From the NCBI RefSeq assembly GCF_009914755.1, contig NC_060930.1: DNA of 64,000 nucleotides; one strand, written 5' to 3'. The stretch is from the human T2T-CHM13v2.0 reference genome, Homo sapiens. The notes beneath the pieces were generated by a model. It saw only the letters and a program-made list of their open reading frames with translations. It was not told where the DNA came from and did no database searches. Position 1 is the stretch's first letter. Each line of letters starts with the position of its first letter. The position numbers were made by a program, and so were the translations under genes. Shown piece by piece: positions 44,561 to 59,557 of this stretch.

Positions 44561-46159
44561 AAAAAACCCTAAGCCAAAGAAAAATCTTCTCCCACTGATT
44601 TATACAGGCTGCAGGGAGTTCAACAGGAGTCATATTTTAATATCATTTTCATTCTCATCATAATTGCAAAGCTGTTATTAAATATCTAATTAGACTTATT
44701 ACTAACCTAAGTTTACTACAAACTCTAGGAGTAACATAATCTTATTATTAATTTGAGCTCCCTAAGATATTATTGATGTGGGCAACTATTTATATATAAA
44801 GTCCCTAAAAATCACAATAAAAATATGAAATAAACATTTGAATGTATCACTAAGACATCACATGCAGCTCAGATAAATATGTGAATATACCACACGGAGC
44901 ACAAAATGGAGCATTTTCCCAGGACTGCTCTCCTCCCAGAGTGGACTTGAGTAGGTAGCCATGTTGTCGTGCATAAAAAACACTGTAGAATAAAATTACT
45001 ATGTAATGAAAGATTCGAATCATAGCTGCAATGTGAAGTCAAAGAGAGAGGATATTGGTGAGGGCTTACAAGGTCAAATACAGCTTCAGGAAAAAGATGA
45101 CAGTTAATCTGGGTCCTGAACATGGGTACGTTTTACATACGAATGATAACAATATTCAAAACACACAAGGAAGGTTTGTGGGTAAGAGGTAGCATGGTAT
45201 GTTAGTATGAATAAACAATTGAAAAAATCAACCTGAATGTAGTAGAGTCTACATTAGAGACTGATGAGAGTGAGGGATAGAGTTATTTCTCATTCTGATG
45301 TTTTGCACCTATGCACATTTTATGATTATATTGTATATATTTCCTACAATTTGTCTGTATTCCCACGTGTAAAAAGTGAAATTTATGTCTACATCTATAT
45401 CTATACAAATCTTCATGCTAGTCTTCCAAGAATTGTCTGGCGTACTATTAATGTCATTTTAATGCTTAAAATTCTGTATTTGTCATTTACTCTGGACTAT
45501 GCATAAAGTTATCTATATGTAGACTATATCTGTAATGAAAGCTTATGCCTTTGTGGCTTTTGATTTGGAGCTCGTATCTGATTTAACTGGCTGTTTTGTG
45601 TGTCTACAATGTCTCCCAGAGCCCTGAAAAAGTGCATTTTTTCATATGCTGTATATCCCAATTTTAAGTCATACAATCCAAAATATCTCTTCAAACTTGG
45701 TAAAAAATATTTTCAACCATTTTATATGATATAATAATTTACAGGGAGAAGCAGAGATTTAAAAGATAGAGATAGAGTTGGGTAGTTGAAAAATTGCTGG
45801 AAGGGTTGGAGAACTAGACTGAGAGGCCCACAGCCAAAACAACATATAGAACCATCTCAGGGGCTGACCAACAAAGTTATTGTCACTGAACACTGGGTCT
45901 CACAGCTTGTGCCACTGACACTGCCTGCCCTGGATGTTGGATGCCTATGCTAGCTTGATGCCACTGCTGATACACAAATTGGACATTTTTGCCACTGCCA
46001 CCACTACTAGAGAGATTTTCCACTGCTTCTAGTTCTTTGTACCACCTATCCTTGATTCAAATTGCAGGAAGGCTGTATTTGATTAGTCAAACAGAACACA
46101 TGCCCTTGCCCTAAGTACAAGGAAGACCAAGAAAGAGAATATCTCCAATTTTCACCTCT

Positions 46160-46340
46160 ACTGAACACCATGCTGTGCCTCCCAGATCCCCTTTCAGGAC
46201 TGAAGAATGCATTTCTCCAGTTGCTGGGAGTGTTGTTGCTAGTAGCCTTTTCAGACAGTCCTCACTCTCAGCCCCTCTCCAGAAACTGCCCTCAGCTGGA
46301 AAGAACCACTTGGCCCAAGGTCATGACCCCACCATAGGAT
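46160..46340. mobile_element. Old ERVL-type LTR fragment (LTR16-like)
   Basis: aactgccctcagctggaaagaaccacttggcccaaggtca resembles recalled LTR16-family sequence. Confidence 0.4.
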
Positions 46341-46344
46341 AAGC

Positions 46345-48110
46345 TTCAACCAGATACTGGTCTCTTGACCATAAAGCCTGGGCAGGGAACATTGAGATGG
46401 GAACTGGGGTGGAAAGTGCCACCAAACTGGATTGGTATCCTTATTCCCCTGAAGCAGGAGGCCACTATCTCTCTGGACCTGACCCTCACTTTCCTTTTCA
46501 ATGAAGGGTCTGGGGAGGCACAATGGCAGTGGGCAGGCAGTGCCCCCATACCAATGGGAACCAAAGTGACACCAGTATGGTGTCATCCACCCCTATCACT
46601 GTAGAGTCTACGACTCCTCCCACACTGGGCAGAGGGTCTGGTACAGCTCTCCTGGAAGATTCCCAAGGAAACCAAAATTATTGTAGCAAGGCAGAGTTAA
46701 TACCAGCTTTATTATGCCAGAGAGTGGGAGACGCCCTATGTGTTTCTAATAAGTTTTTGTCATTTCACTGTTAGCTTGAGTTGCCTTCTCCTTTTGCTGT
46801 TATATCATTCCCACTGGCACCTGGAAATCCTTCCAAAATGTTTTCCTGGCCTGGGGCCATCACACAGCCCATCTGCATGGCCAACCTAACTGCTGAGTGT
46901 TTGGTCTTATGCCCTTGAATAGCCATGTAGGAACTCCATGGTGGACTGAGCCACTACTGGGTAAAGACTGGATCTCTGTACAAACTTGGATGACCGGACA
47001 ATGCATATAAATAGGTACCCTAGATTCCTCTAACACCACACATGCAAATGTGAGTGATTGAGATAGGACATTGAACAACTACAGACAAAATTTAAGTTTT
47101 TCCCTAAACATGTCCCATAGGAGGCAACCATCAAAGTGAAAACTGCCCTGAAGAGCACCAGGTTCTGGCAATGGAGATCATACTGGCAAATGTGGGATGG
47201 CTTTCTTTAGCTCATCCTTACAGCAAGGATGCTCTCGAGTTGCATAGATCTGTTGGGAACAACATAATCACTCTAAAGACATTCAGGTAATACCTAAGGT
47301 ATTCTCCTAGTACCTAGATTTCCTCCCAATTGCCCAATGCCAACACACCATTATCCTTAAGGTCACAGATTGATTTGTCACAAACAGTCTTGTAGGCCAG
47401 GAATATACTGAATTGCCCCAGATGGCACCCAGTGGCTCTCTGCTACTAACCTCCAGCCCTGGCTTCCCCTGGGGTGGCTTGGATGACTCCAGAATCTCTG
47501 GCACCATTCCTGTATCCCTCAATGAGTCCATCTGGAGAGGTCAGTGGAGTAGACCTGTTTTTCTTGGTGGGATTACTTATTGACTATATTTGTGCCTCCA
47601 GGAGGTTCTTCTGATACTGTGTAGAAGCTGGAAGCCCTTCAGAGATTTGTCTCCACAGCTTTGAACAACACCAAACATGGTATGGAGGCCTTGAACATTG
47701 AAACAGCTGCAGTGAAAAAAGTGGTCTACAAAACCAAATGGCCCTAGAGATGCTGACATCTGTGCAAGGGGGAACCTGTGCCCTTTACAAAAGTGAACAT
47801 TGTGTGTATATTCTAGACAAAGAAGCTGAAGTTAATCAATCCGTCCTTCACTCACGAAAGCAATTACAGCTTACTGACCACATAGGGTATGCCTGGTGGT
47901 CTACACAAAGTCATGTTTTCCAGGATGGGGTCCTTGGTGGAAAGCTCTGCTAGGAAGCCTTTTGGAAAATGTGATTTTAGATTTTGTCAGGTGCACTTGT
48001 ATTTACTGTTAGTGTAGGTTTTGTTTGCAGTGTTTCATAAAGCCAGGGGAAAGAAATTGCCGATGATCCCACCCTTTCTGACCAGCTCAGGGAACATATA
48101 GGAAGAGATG
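46345..48110 (+). mobile_element. Decayed ERV internal region including env transmembrane relic
   Basis: 47726-47818 encodes LQNQMALEMLTSVQGGTCALYKSEHCVYILD (immunosuppressive domain plus degenerate CX6CC); followed by an LTR. Confidence 0.7.
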
Positions 48111-48114
48111 GGCA

Positions 48115-48613
48115 TGTGAGATTGTAAGAGCCAGTCAGGAAAATGGATTGCAGGATCTCTGACTGGAAATCACAGAGCCTTGACTATTCTGTGACTGAAA
48201 ATCAGAGTGCCTTGACCTCTCTGTGACCTAGCCAGCTGCAGATTTTTTCCCAGCATGCTTGAACCCAAACTTGGGTCTTGAACATTCCCAGGCACTGATA
48301 AAGGTATCTAAGTTGTCACTGAAAACAGTGAAAGAAACTAGCTCTGGCCCTGAGCCAAATTCTTTAAACCCTTATATAAACTCCATACCCTGACCCCCTC
48401 ACTGCAGACATATCTAGGTAGAATGTCCCTTTTCTCTCACCACCCATGGGGAGGATTCCTGCAACACTATGTAAGTTCCCTTAATAAATGCTTTGGACAG
48501 ATCACCTTGGCACATAGTGCTCCTTTCTTTGGAATCCCAACCAGCCCCAACTAGGACGGTTTTGGGCACTCCCTTGTGTGAACTCCCCTGCCACCACTTT
48601 TGGGGGACAAAAC
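48115..48613 (+). mobile_element. ERV LTR (MER54/MER73/MER74-like, family uncertain)
   Basis: TATA-like tatataaa ~48373, aataaa ~48483, ends in ...ca, immediately 3' of the env relic. Confidence 0.6.
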
Positions 48614-49014
48614 AGTACATATCTAATAGAATCATCTTGTTAAAAAGCAAGGGAACAACAAATACAAAATTTGTGATAGTGTTTCCTCGGATGAGAGGTA
48701 GTATAGAGAGGGACTAGAAAAAGAGTAGTATTAAATCTAAGTTGTTGTCAATCTACAGTTCTTATAGACTAGGTAATGGATTAAAAAATGTTCACACTTT
48801 AAGGCCATGCATGGACCAATGACAGCCAGTGGTTTTAATTAATACCATTTTGAATATCTGAGTTCCACTGGGGTAAGGGGATGAATCAAACAAGGCCTCA
48901 GAAGAAAAGTTGTCTGGGAATGCAGGAAGGTTTTGCAGAGGAGATGAAGTTTCAGTTGCAACCCTGCTGCGTGGGCTTCAATTTCACCACCTGAGATTTA
49001 AATAGAGGCAGGAG

Positions 49015-49290
49015 TCACTCAGGCTAGAATGCAGTGGTGCAATCACAGCTCACTATTGCAGCCACCACCTCCTGGGCTCAGGCGATCCTCCCACCTCAGC
49101 CTCCCGAGTAGCTGGGAGTACAAGTGCATTCCACAACCCCCGACTAATTTTTTTTTTTTTTAATTTTTGTAGAGACGAGGTCCCAACTATGTTGCCCAGG
49201 CTGGTCTCGAACTCCTGAGTTCAATTAATCCTCCTGCCTTTGCCTCCCAAAGCGGGGAATTAGAAAAGTGAGCCAACACGCCCGGCCCAC
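49015..49290 (-). mobile_element. AluJ-like
   Basis: Diverged antisense Alu. Confidence 0.8.
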
Positions 49291-49293
49291 TAG

Positions 49294-50711
<1,418 letters not shown>

Positions 50712-50799
50712 AACGTCATTTTCTTTTCAGGAGTCCCTTCTGTTATTTAGCAAGACACACTACTACAATGGAGAAAAAAGATGCCCCCTCCTTCAAGCC

Positions 50800-51300
50800 C
50801 TGAGATCTTCAGGACTTTGGCGAAAAGTCTGCGCCCGAAGAGACCCAGGAAGGATTCTTGGAATTGTAGTCCAAAGGCATCCCGCCTTCTGCGCAGACTC
50901 ACAAGTCCCTGTGGACGGAATTCTTGAAGTGTAGCGCCGCTCAGTCCTTCCACCGGAAGTGTCCGATCGGAATCAGCCCTGTCCGAGAGGTGAGTCCGGG
51001 TTTGGGGATCCAGATGTCCAGCCCCGTGTCCCCCTCCAAACATCCAGTCCCTCTCATATTGCCTTTGAAATTAGCAGCCTCTGGGTGACCAGACCTTGGC
51101 CCTCAGAGGAATCCCGGAGAAAGGTAGAACCAGCTTCGGCGTTGGGAACGCAGGCGCGCTTACGCATTTAGTGAGGGTTTGGCGGTCTCCATAGTTACCG
51201 CCGCCGCGCGTGACGTCATAGTGGAGCGCTGAGGGCGTGGTGGCGTGGGGTGGGGGCTGTCCTACTGATCCTGAATTTGGGGTCACTGGTAAGAGGAGTT
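50800..51300 (+). promoter_or_regulatory. ZNF165: ZNF165 CpG promoter and non-coding exon 1 (donor after 50989)
   Basis: CpG-rich; ZNF143/THAP11-like GGACTACAATTCCAA (minus, 50858-50872); ETS CCGGAAGTG 50953-50961; GAG|GTGAGT donor; X-box-like GTCTCCATAGTTAC 51185-51198; CRE TGACGTCA 51211-51218. Confidence 0.75.
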
Positions 51301-52324
51301 GCCCATTCCAGCCAGGTGGAACGGGGAGGGGTGCCACATGTCTCAGATCTGCCATTGTCTGCGAAAAGAAACTGCTGCGAGGACCATCCCCAATCCCCTG
51401 CTTCCCTTGGGAAGAGTAACCGCCGTTTTGTAGGACACTTGGGGACAACCCCGCTTGTCCTGAAATTTATTGACACGGTAAATAGTATTTCCTGTGTGCC
51501 GAGGATGCAGTTAAACCAACACTGACCCCCTGCCCTTGAGAAACACAAGGTACTATGGGAGCCTTTACCAGCATGCCCCTTGAAGTCTCTGTTCTGCTTT
51601 GTGGTCTCTACCGGATTTCCCCTGACTGTCTCCCTCTCCACCAACAAAACTCTCACCCGTCTTCCCCTCCCGCAACATGCCCACCAAGACATGTTCATCC
51701 ATCAGGAGCCCTGCTCTTTAACCTCCAACTTTCTCATCATAATTAATTACTCGTTCCTCTCTGTTCTCCTAGCGTTTCTTCACACATCTGCTTACCCATT
51801 TTTGTAAGTCCTCCTAACACAATATTATAAGGCACTAGATGCTCAATCAATATTTATTAGTTTAAAGCTACCAGCTTTAGGGGGACTCGGTTTTAAATAG
51901 ATGAGAAGTGATAAAACACCTGGAGATAGTACTGTCAGCTGAGATAACATGTCATAGAACCAGCTGCTCAGCATAATTGAAATTTCATTCGGATTATATG
52001 GGCCTACTTTACACCCATCTTACTATGGTAAATGAGATCATGCTCATTAAGCATTAGGACACTACTTGGTTAGCGCATCTAGGAAACATAACCAGAAATA
52101 TCAAAGAAATGGCCCAGTAAAATATAAGGGATTGAGACTCTCTGGTTAATATACCATGGAACTAACCCCCCTTTTTTTTCTTTATCATTGATAAATTTTG
52201 TTCTTACTTATACTCAAATTGTTTGTTTTCCAAGGTTCAGTCTGAACCTAGTGATATTTATTTCATACTCTTGGAGAATTAATACTGTTACATATCTTCA
52301 ACTACCCTTTTCATGAATCTTGTC

Positions 52325-52784
52325 TGCCAAGACAAGCTCGGTCATGGAGACCCTAACCCAGTGGCGCTAGAGGAATTAAAGACACACACAGAAATATAGA
52401 GTGTGGAGTGGGAAATGAGGGGTCTCACAGCCTTCAGAGCTGAGAGCCTTGAACAGAGATTTACCCACTTATTTATTGACAGCAAGCCAGTGATAAGATT
52501 TACTGAAAGTATTCCTTACGGGAAATAAAGGGATGGGCCGAAATAAAGGGATGGGCTCTGGCTAGTTATCTGCAGCATGAACATGTCCTTAAGGCACAGA
52601 TCGCTCATGCTATTGTTTTCTGCCCTGGGTGGGCCAGGTGTTCCTTGCCCTCATTCCAGTAAACTGACAACCTTCCAGCGTGGGCGTCAAGGCCATCATG
52701 AGCATGTCACAGTGCTGCAGAGATTTTGTTCATGGCCAGTTTTGGGGCCAGTTTATGGCCAGATTTGGGGGCCTGTTCCCAACA
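52325..52784 (-). mobile_element. MER9 (HML-3/HERV-K9) solo LTR
   Basis: Minus strand starts TGTTGGGAACAGGCCCCCAAATCTGGCCATAAACTGGCC; 6-bp TSD cttgtc at 52319-52324 and 52785-52790. Confidence 0.85.
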
Positions 52785-53265
52785 CTTGTCAAAATCTGTC
52801 TTCCCATTCCAAATTCTTTTCCATTATTGAAATATCATTGTTTCTGTTGGAAATATTTTTCCAAGTAGATGTCTTATTATCATCTTAAATACAGATCATC
52901 CAAAACAGAAGTCATCTGAAACTTTCCTAATTTTTCCTTTCAATCATAAATATGAAGCCTTAAGAACAATTAATAATGCATGATCCTTAACCTCATGGAA
53001 CATCAATCAGTTGATAAAAAAACAGCCAAACAACTAAAAATAATACAAGGACTTATATATTCATATGTGTATGTGTTAGGAATTGTAAGAACTCAGACTA
53101 GAGTTGAGCAATTTCTTAACAGAGGCAGTAGAATTCTTAGTCACTCCAGCCATCACACCCTGCAAGTTGATCTCACCATCAGTCTGCTGCTCATTCCTAC
53201 TTCCTCTACTCTGTTCCTTTCCTTTCTGAATCTTTCTCATCCTTTATTGTCCAATTTAAGCCCCA

Positions 53266-53802
53266 TGTTAAATACAGTGAGTTCTAAATTTCTCTTCAAA
53301 GAATCAGTATGTCAGTATGTTCAGTTCTTTGTTCTCCACTTTAAAGTTTAACCTCATCTCCTTGCCCCTAGTTTCAGTAAACAACCTTTTCCACCAGTTC
53401 CAATCAGTAGTTCACATCTATTCCCCTGGTCACCTGCTCTGTCCTGAGTCACCCCTGGTCATCTGCTCTGACCTGCATCACCTTTAATCGCCTGTTCTGT
53501 AACCGTCCTTCCCACTGAAACTGCTCACCCCGCCACTGTGGTTCATACCCCTGCTTTCTTTAAAACAGCCAGTTGGAATTAGCTTAGACTGTGCAGTCCA
53601 ACCCTAGCCAATAGGGGAACGACATAGCAGTAGGGACTACCTGCGTCAGAGATAAGAACCCCTTCCTCTCCCTTGATCAGGTATGCTCTCACCATTGCTC
53701 CATCTGCGAGACACACCTTTCTATAGAAGCAAAATTGCCTTGATGAGAAAATTCATGTTCGAGTGCTATTTCTTTTGCTGCACCGAAAATTTATTTCTAA
53801 TA
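53266..53802 (+). mobile_element. LTR10-family solo LTR, copy 2
   Basis: Highly similar to 49875-50390; complete 3' end; ccca on both flanks; TGAGTCA at 53445. Confidence 0.75.
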
Positions 53803-54389
53803 CCCACCACCTCTAGGAAATACCTTCTACCATTCACAGTCTCTTCCCACCTCAGGACCGTTAGAACATTCAGTATCTCCACCATAAACTCATTTTATAC
53901 TTCAACATTCAACATTTAACAAACATGTACAATGTATATGTCATGTGAAACGTTTTCTCATTTAAATCTTTTGTATCCATGTTTTATAATTTCTTCCCAA
54001 CTAGTTCTTCCCACTGAATTTATTTCTTTCTCTCCCGCATCCTTGTCAAATCTTTTCTATTCTTCAAACTCAAAGACTTTTTGTTTAATCCATTAAGCTG
54101 TATATTAGAATACAGATTTTCCAGGCATATACTATACTGACCAAGTTACCATCTCTAGGAGCAGGCCCCTAGTCTGCATCTCCAGAGGTAGGGCCCAAGA
54201 ACCTGTTTCTACCAAAGATCCCATATGATGATTAGGCAGCAAGCCCAGTGTCATATTCAGACTTTCTTGTAAACCATTGCTGTACAACTTCTAGCCCAAT
54301 GCTTTGCTTGTGATAAGATTCTTAATAAAATGTGTGTTATTGCATCAGTCAGTAGTCAACTTAGTGAAATGTTTAGTAAAAGAACCTCA

Positions 54390-54697
<308 letters not shown>

Positions 54698-55499
54698 TCA
54701 TACTTGCATGAATACAGTGGCCTCTATCTTTTCATATTGCCACCCACCCTAGAAATGAAGAACATATTCATCTCCACAGTGTTTAGCAGGTCATTCTGCT
54801 CAGAAGAATTGACTCCTCTTCAGTGACTCCCCAGTGCCTAAAAGATAAACTCCAAATTCATGAACTTCACAGTTGATGTTTTCTACAATAACATCTCCAA
54901 GCTTTGCCTCTATAATTTTCTTATACAAACCTACTAAACGTTTTGCTTTCCCTCTTCTGTATTCCTACTCTTACCCAATTGTTCAGACTGTTTCTCTGTT
55001 CGTAATTTCCTATTTCTTTCCCTCCCACATCCTAGTCAAATCTTTTCTATTCTTCAGAATTTCATGTTTGCATTAAGCTTCCCTTGACCATTGCAACCAT
55101 CTGTATTTTTCTCATCTCCTATTTTATGAAGCACTTCTATCATTTTTCTTTTTTATCCTTATTTTCTCTGTGACTTTTAAAATTTAATAACATGTACATT
55201 GTTAATATTTAGCATTACATTTAAGTTTATTGTTTCTAATTTATCTTATTTTTAAATTTAAAAATTAAGCTATCTTGAAGTAGAAATCATTAACAGTTGT
55301 ATTCTAGAAACCAAGTATGTCAGTGCTTTTGCATATAGTAAATGCCCAGTAAATTTTTGTGTAATGGAGAATGACGATTTTTATTATGTGGTCTTTCATC
55401 TTCTTAGACAGTAATAGTAACTTTTGATCCCTCAGGAGGACTCTTGAAACTAAAGAAGACCCTTTCCAAAGCAGTTCTGATAATATATTCTATCCACAG

Positions 55500-55910
55500 A
55501 TGGCTACAGAACCAAAGAAAGCTGCAGCCCAGAACTCTCCAGAGGATGAAGGACTTCTGATAGTGAAGATAGAAGAGGAAGAATTTATCCATGGGCAGGA
55601 CACTTGCTTACAGAGAAGTGAACTCCTTAAGCAGGAGCTCTGCAGGCAGCTTTTTAGGCAGTTCTGCTACCAGGATTCTCCTGGACCTCGCGAGGCACTG
55701 AGCCGCCTCCGGGAGCTCTGCTGTCAGTGGCTGAAGCCAGAGATCCATACCAAGGAACAGATTCTGGAACTGCTGGTGCTAGAGCAGTTCCTGACCATCC
55801 TGCCAGGAGATTTGCAGGCCTGGGTACATGAACATTACCCAGAGAGTGGAGAGGAGGCAGTGACCATACTAGAAGATTTGGAGAGAGGCACTGATGAAGC
55901 AGTACTCCAG
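55500..55910 (+). CDS. ZNF165: ZNF165 coding exon 1 (SCAN domain)
   Basis: cag|ATG acceptor; [23 protein letters not shown]...[47 protein letters not shown]; donor CAG|GT at 55911. Confidence 0.93.
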
Positions 55911-56190
55911 GTGCACAGGGGATGGGAGATCTAAGACCTCCATAATGGATAAAGTTCCACGGTGGGAGGAGAGGCCCGAGATTGCATATCTAGCTTGCAG
56001 GAGCTGTTGGTTCAGTGTGCATTTATGTCTCCTTTCCTGTCTGTTTGATTCCACACTACATTTTACAATTAAATCAGACTCGATTCTTCCTTCCCCAGTT
56101 TTGCATTTCTATGGGAGTTTCTCTTTGTTGTTAGAAGACGTTTAACACAGGGATTCTTTTATAAGCCCAAATGTACTTTATTTTTCTCAG

Positions 56191-56329
56191 GTTCAAGCCC
56201 ATGAACATGGACAAGAAATATTCCAGAAAAAAGTGTCACCTCCTGGACCAGCACTTAATGTCAAGTTACAGCCAGTGGAGACCAAGGCCCATTTTGATTC
56301 ATCAGAACCCCAGCTCCTATGGGACTGTG
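56191..56329 (+). CDS. ZNF165: ZNF165 coding exon 2 (linker)
   Basis: tttttctcag| acceptor; VQAHEHGQEIFQKK...LLWDC; phase-1 donor G|gtgagg. Confidence 0.85.
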
Positions 56330-56457
56330 GTGAGGGGCAGAATGCCATATAGTGCACATCACTAAAGAAACAGGGGAATGAATCTCCCTCCACAAACTAG
56401 TCTTGGTAACTGTAGATGGTCCTTTCCTTTATTACCCAATGAAAAGAGAGAACTTGT

Positions 56458-56858
<401 letters not shown>

Positions 56859-57232
56859 TTAAAGGAAATAAAAGTGAATGAGTTGAGAAAATATCATGAA
56901 AAGAGAAAAGAAGGAAAAGAAAAAGAAATACATGGACAGAAGCAAAATATGTTCATAGAGAAGTACATATAATGATCAAGAGAAACAGATACATGATGAT
57001 ATACTGAGAAATAGTATATAATTCACAAGTAACATAGACCGTGATCCATATTTTTCCTGTTATGCTCTTGGTCTTATAAAGCTCTTTTACACTTTTATAG
57101 AAAGTTAGCTATAGTTCTAGAGACTACTTCCACAGAATACTCATCTCTGTTCTAAAACTCATCTATTTAAAAGATTCATAGATGCAGTATCACTTAAGGT
57201 GTGAATTGTCCCTATAGTAAACCCAAGAATAA

Positions 57233-57562
<330 letters not shown>

Positions 57563-58581
57563 ACAATTAATTTTTAATAAATTTCTACATATTCTGCCTT
57601 CAGTTTTGTTCTGGAAACATCTCCATCTGTCGTATATAAAATTGTAAATTTCCCTCACCCCATGAACAGCACTCCCTAACCCTCTTTCCTGCCCTAGCGT
57701 ATTGTAGACAAAGGACAGCTTATAATAAAGAAGGGTGGTTCAATTCCAGCACAGTATAGAGTGGGATTTGTGAAGACTGGATCATAAATGGATCTTGGAA
57801 ACCAGGCTTGGGAATTTAGACTTGAACAAAAAAAGAGAGAGAGAGATTCAAGGTTTTTGAGTAGGGTATGAAAGGATGGCAGTGTTTAATGACCATTAGT
57901 CTAGTAAGGATCTTTAGGATAACTAGGAAGAAGAAAAGTGCAGAGTCAAAACAGCAAGGAGGCAGTTAAAGTCTAGATAGGAAATGGTAAGGTTCGAGAC
58001 TATGGCGATGGTAGCAGAAATATAAAGGAAGGGATTTATACAAGGGACACTTAGTGGACAGTGATGACAGAATTTAGAAGACTGATTAACCATGGAATAT
58101 GAGGAAGAAATAGACAATAGGTGGATGGAAGTTTTCTCACACATACTTCACAGTCACTTATAGCTTTACTTTTCTCTCTTGTGTTCTCATCTGCTTTCTT
58201 TGAGGTAGTGCCTCCATTTTCCCTCTAGAAATGTATCATAGACCCAAGGTTCCCAAGATCTGCTGCAGTCAACATTGTAGAGTTCCTTCTCCGTACTCTA
58301 TCTCCCCCTATCTCTTGAGTTCTTGCTGATGACAATCCTCCCAATCTTTTCTAATATATATGCTTCACGTCTGATTCCTCTCTCTGCCAACCACTGCAGG
58401 CATTACTTGCTCTTACCAATGTTTCTTTCATTCCTATCATCCTCTTTCATTCTATCATTCCTCTCATGTGAAAGGTCATATATTAAAGTGGGCATATCAA
58501 TATGTAACTATCTTGAGCATGCTATAAAATTTTCTTTTCGTGCAGCAAACAGGTAATATTTCCCTTTCTTTTTTATTTTAG

Positions 58582-59489
58582 ATAATGAGAGTGAAAACAG
58601 TAGATCCATGCCAAAGCTGGAAATTTTTGAAAAAATTGAATCACAGAGAATTATATCTGGAAGAATCTCAGGATACATATCAGAAGCATCTGGTGAGTCT
58701 CAAGACATCTGTAAGTCTGCAGGCAGGGTAAAGAGACAATGGGAAAAAGAATCAGGGGAGTCTCAGAGACTCTCGTCTGCCCAGGATGAAGGTTTTGGTA
58801 AAATCCTCACCCACAAAAATACAGTCAGAGGTGAAATAATAAGCCACGATGGATGTGAGAGGAGATTAAATCTGAACTCAAATGAATTCACACACCAGAA
58901 ATCTTGTAAACATGGTACCTGTGACCAGAGCTTCAAATGGAACTCAGATTTTATTAACCATCAAATAATTTATGCTGGAGAAAAAAATCACCAATATGGA
59001 AAATCTTTCAAGAGCCCAAAACTTGCTAAACATGCAGCAGTTTTCAGTGGAGATAAAACTCATCAGTGTAATGAATGTGGGAAAGCTTTCAGGCACAGCT
59101 CAAAACTTGCTAGGCATCAGAGAATCCACACTGGAGAGAGATGCTATGAATGTAATGAATGTGGGAAAAGCTTTGCAGAGAGCTCAGATCTTACTAGACA
59201 TCGGCGAATTCACACTGGGGAAAGACCCTTTGGTTGCAAAGAATGTGGGAGAGCATTCAACCTGAACTCACATCTTATCAGGCATCAGAGAATTCACACC
59301 AGAGAGAAACCCTACGAGTGTAGTGAATGTGGGAAAACCTTCCGAGTGAGCTCACATCTTATTCGACACTTTAGAATTCACACTGGAGAAAAACCCTATG
59401 AATGCAGTGAGTGTGGAAGAGCCTTCAGTCAGAGCTCAAACCTTAGTCAACACCAGAGAATTCACATGAGGGAAAACCTATTAATGTAA
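58582..59489 (+). CDS. ZNF165: ZNF165 last coding exon (5 canonical C2H2 fingers plus degenerate fingers)
   Basis: ttttag|AT phase-1 acceptor in frame with ORF 58608-59489; five CxxC..H...H fingers with TGE-type linkers; exons total 411+139+908=1458 nt = 485 aa. Confidence 0.93.
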
Positions 59490-59544
59490 GGAACTTAAAT
59501 TTGTAAGTAAATGCTGAGGAAATGGCACAATATGAAAAATATTA

Positions 59545-59557
59545 AATAAAAAATAAA
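59545..59557 (+). terminator. ZNF165: Tandem AATAAA polyadenylation signals of ZNF165
   Basis: AATAAA at 59545 and 59552, ~55 nt after the stop; GT-rich sequence follows at ~59590-59620. Confidence 0.7.

Noticed and set aside
50747-51698. 98-160 aa ORFs over the ZNF165 promoter
   Set aside because: Expected in GC-rich, stop-poor sequence; no recognisable domains.
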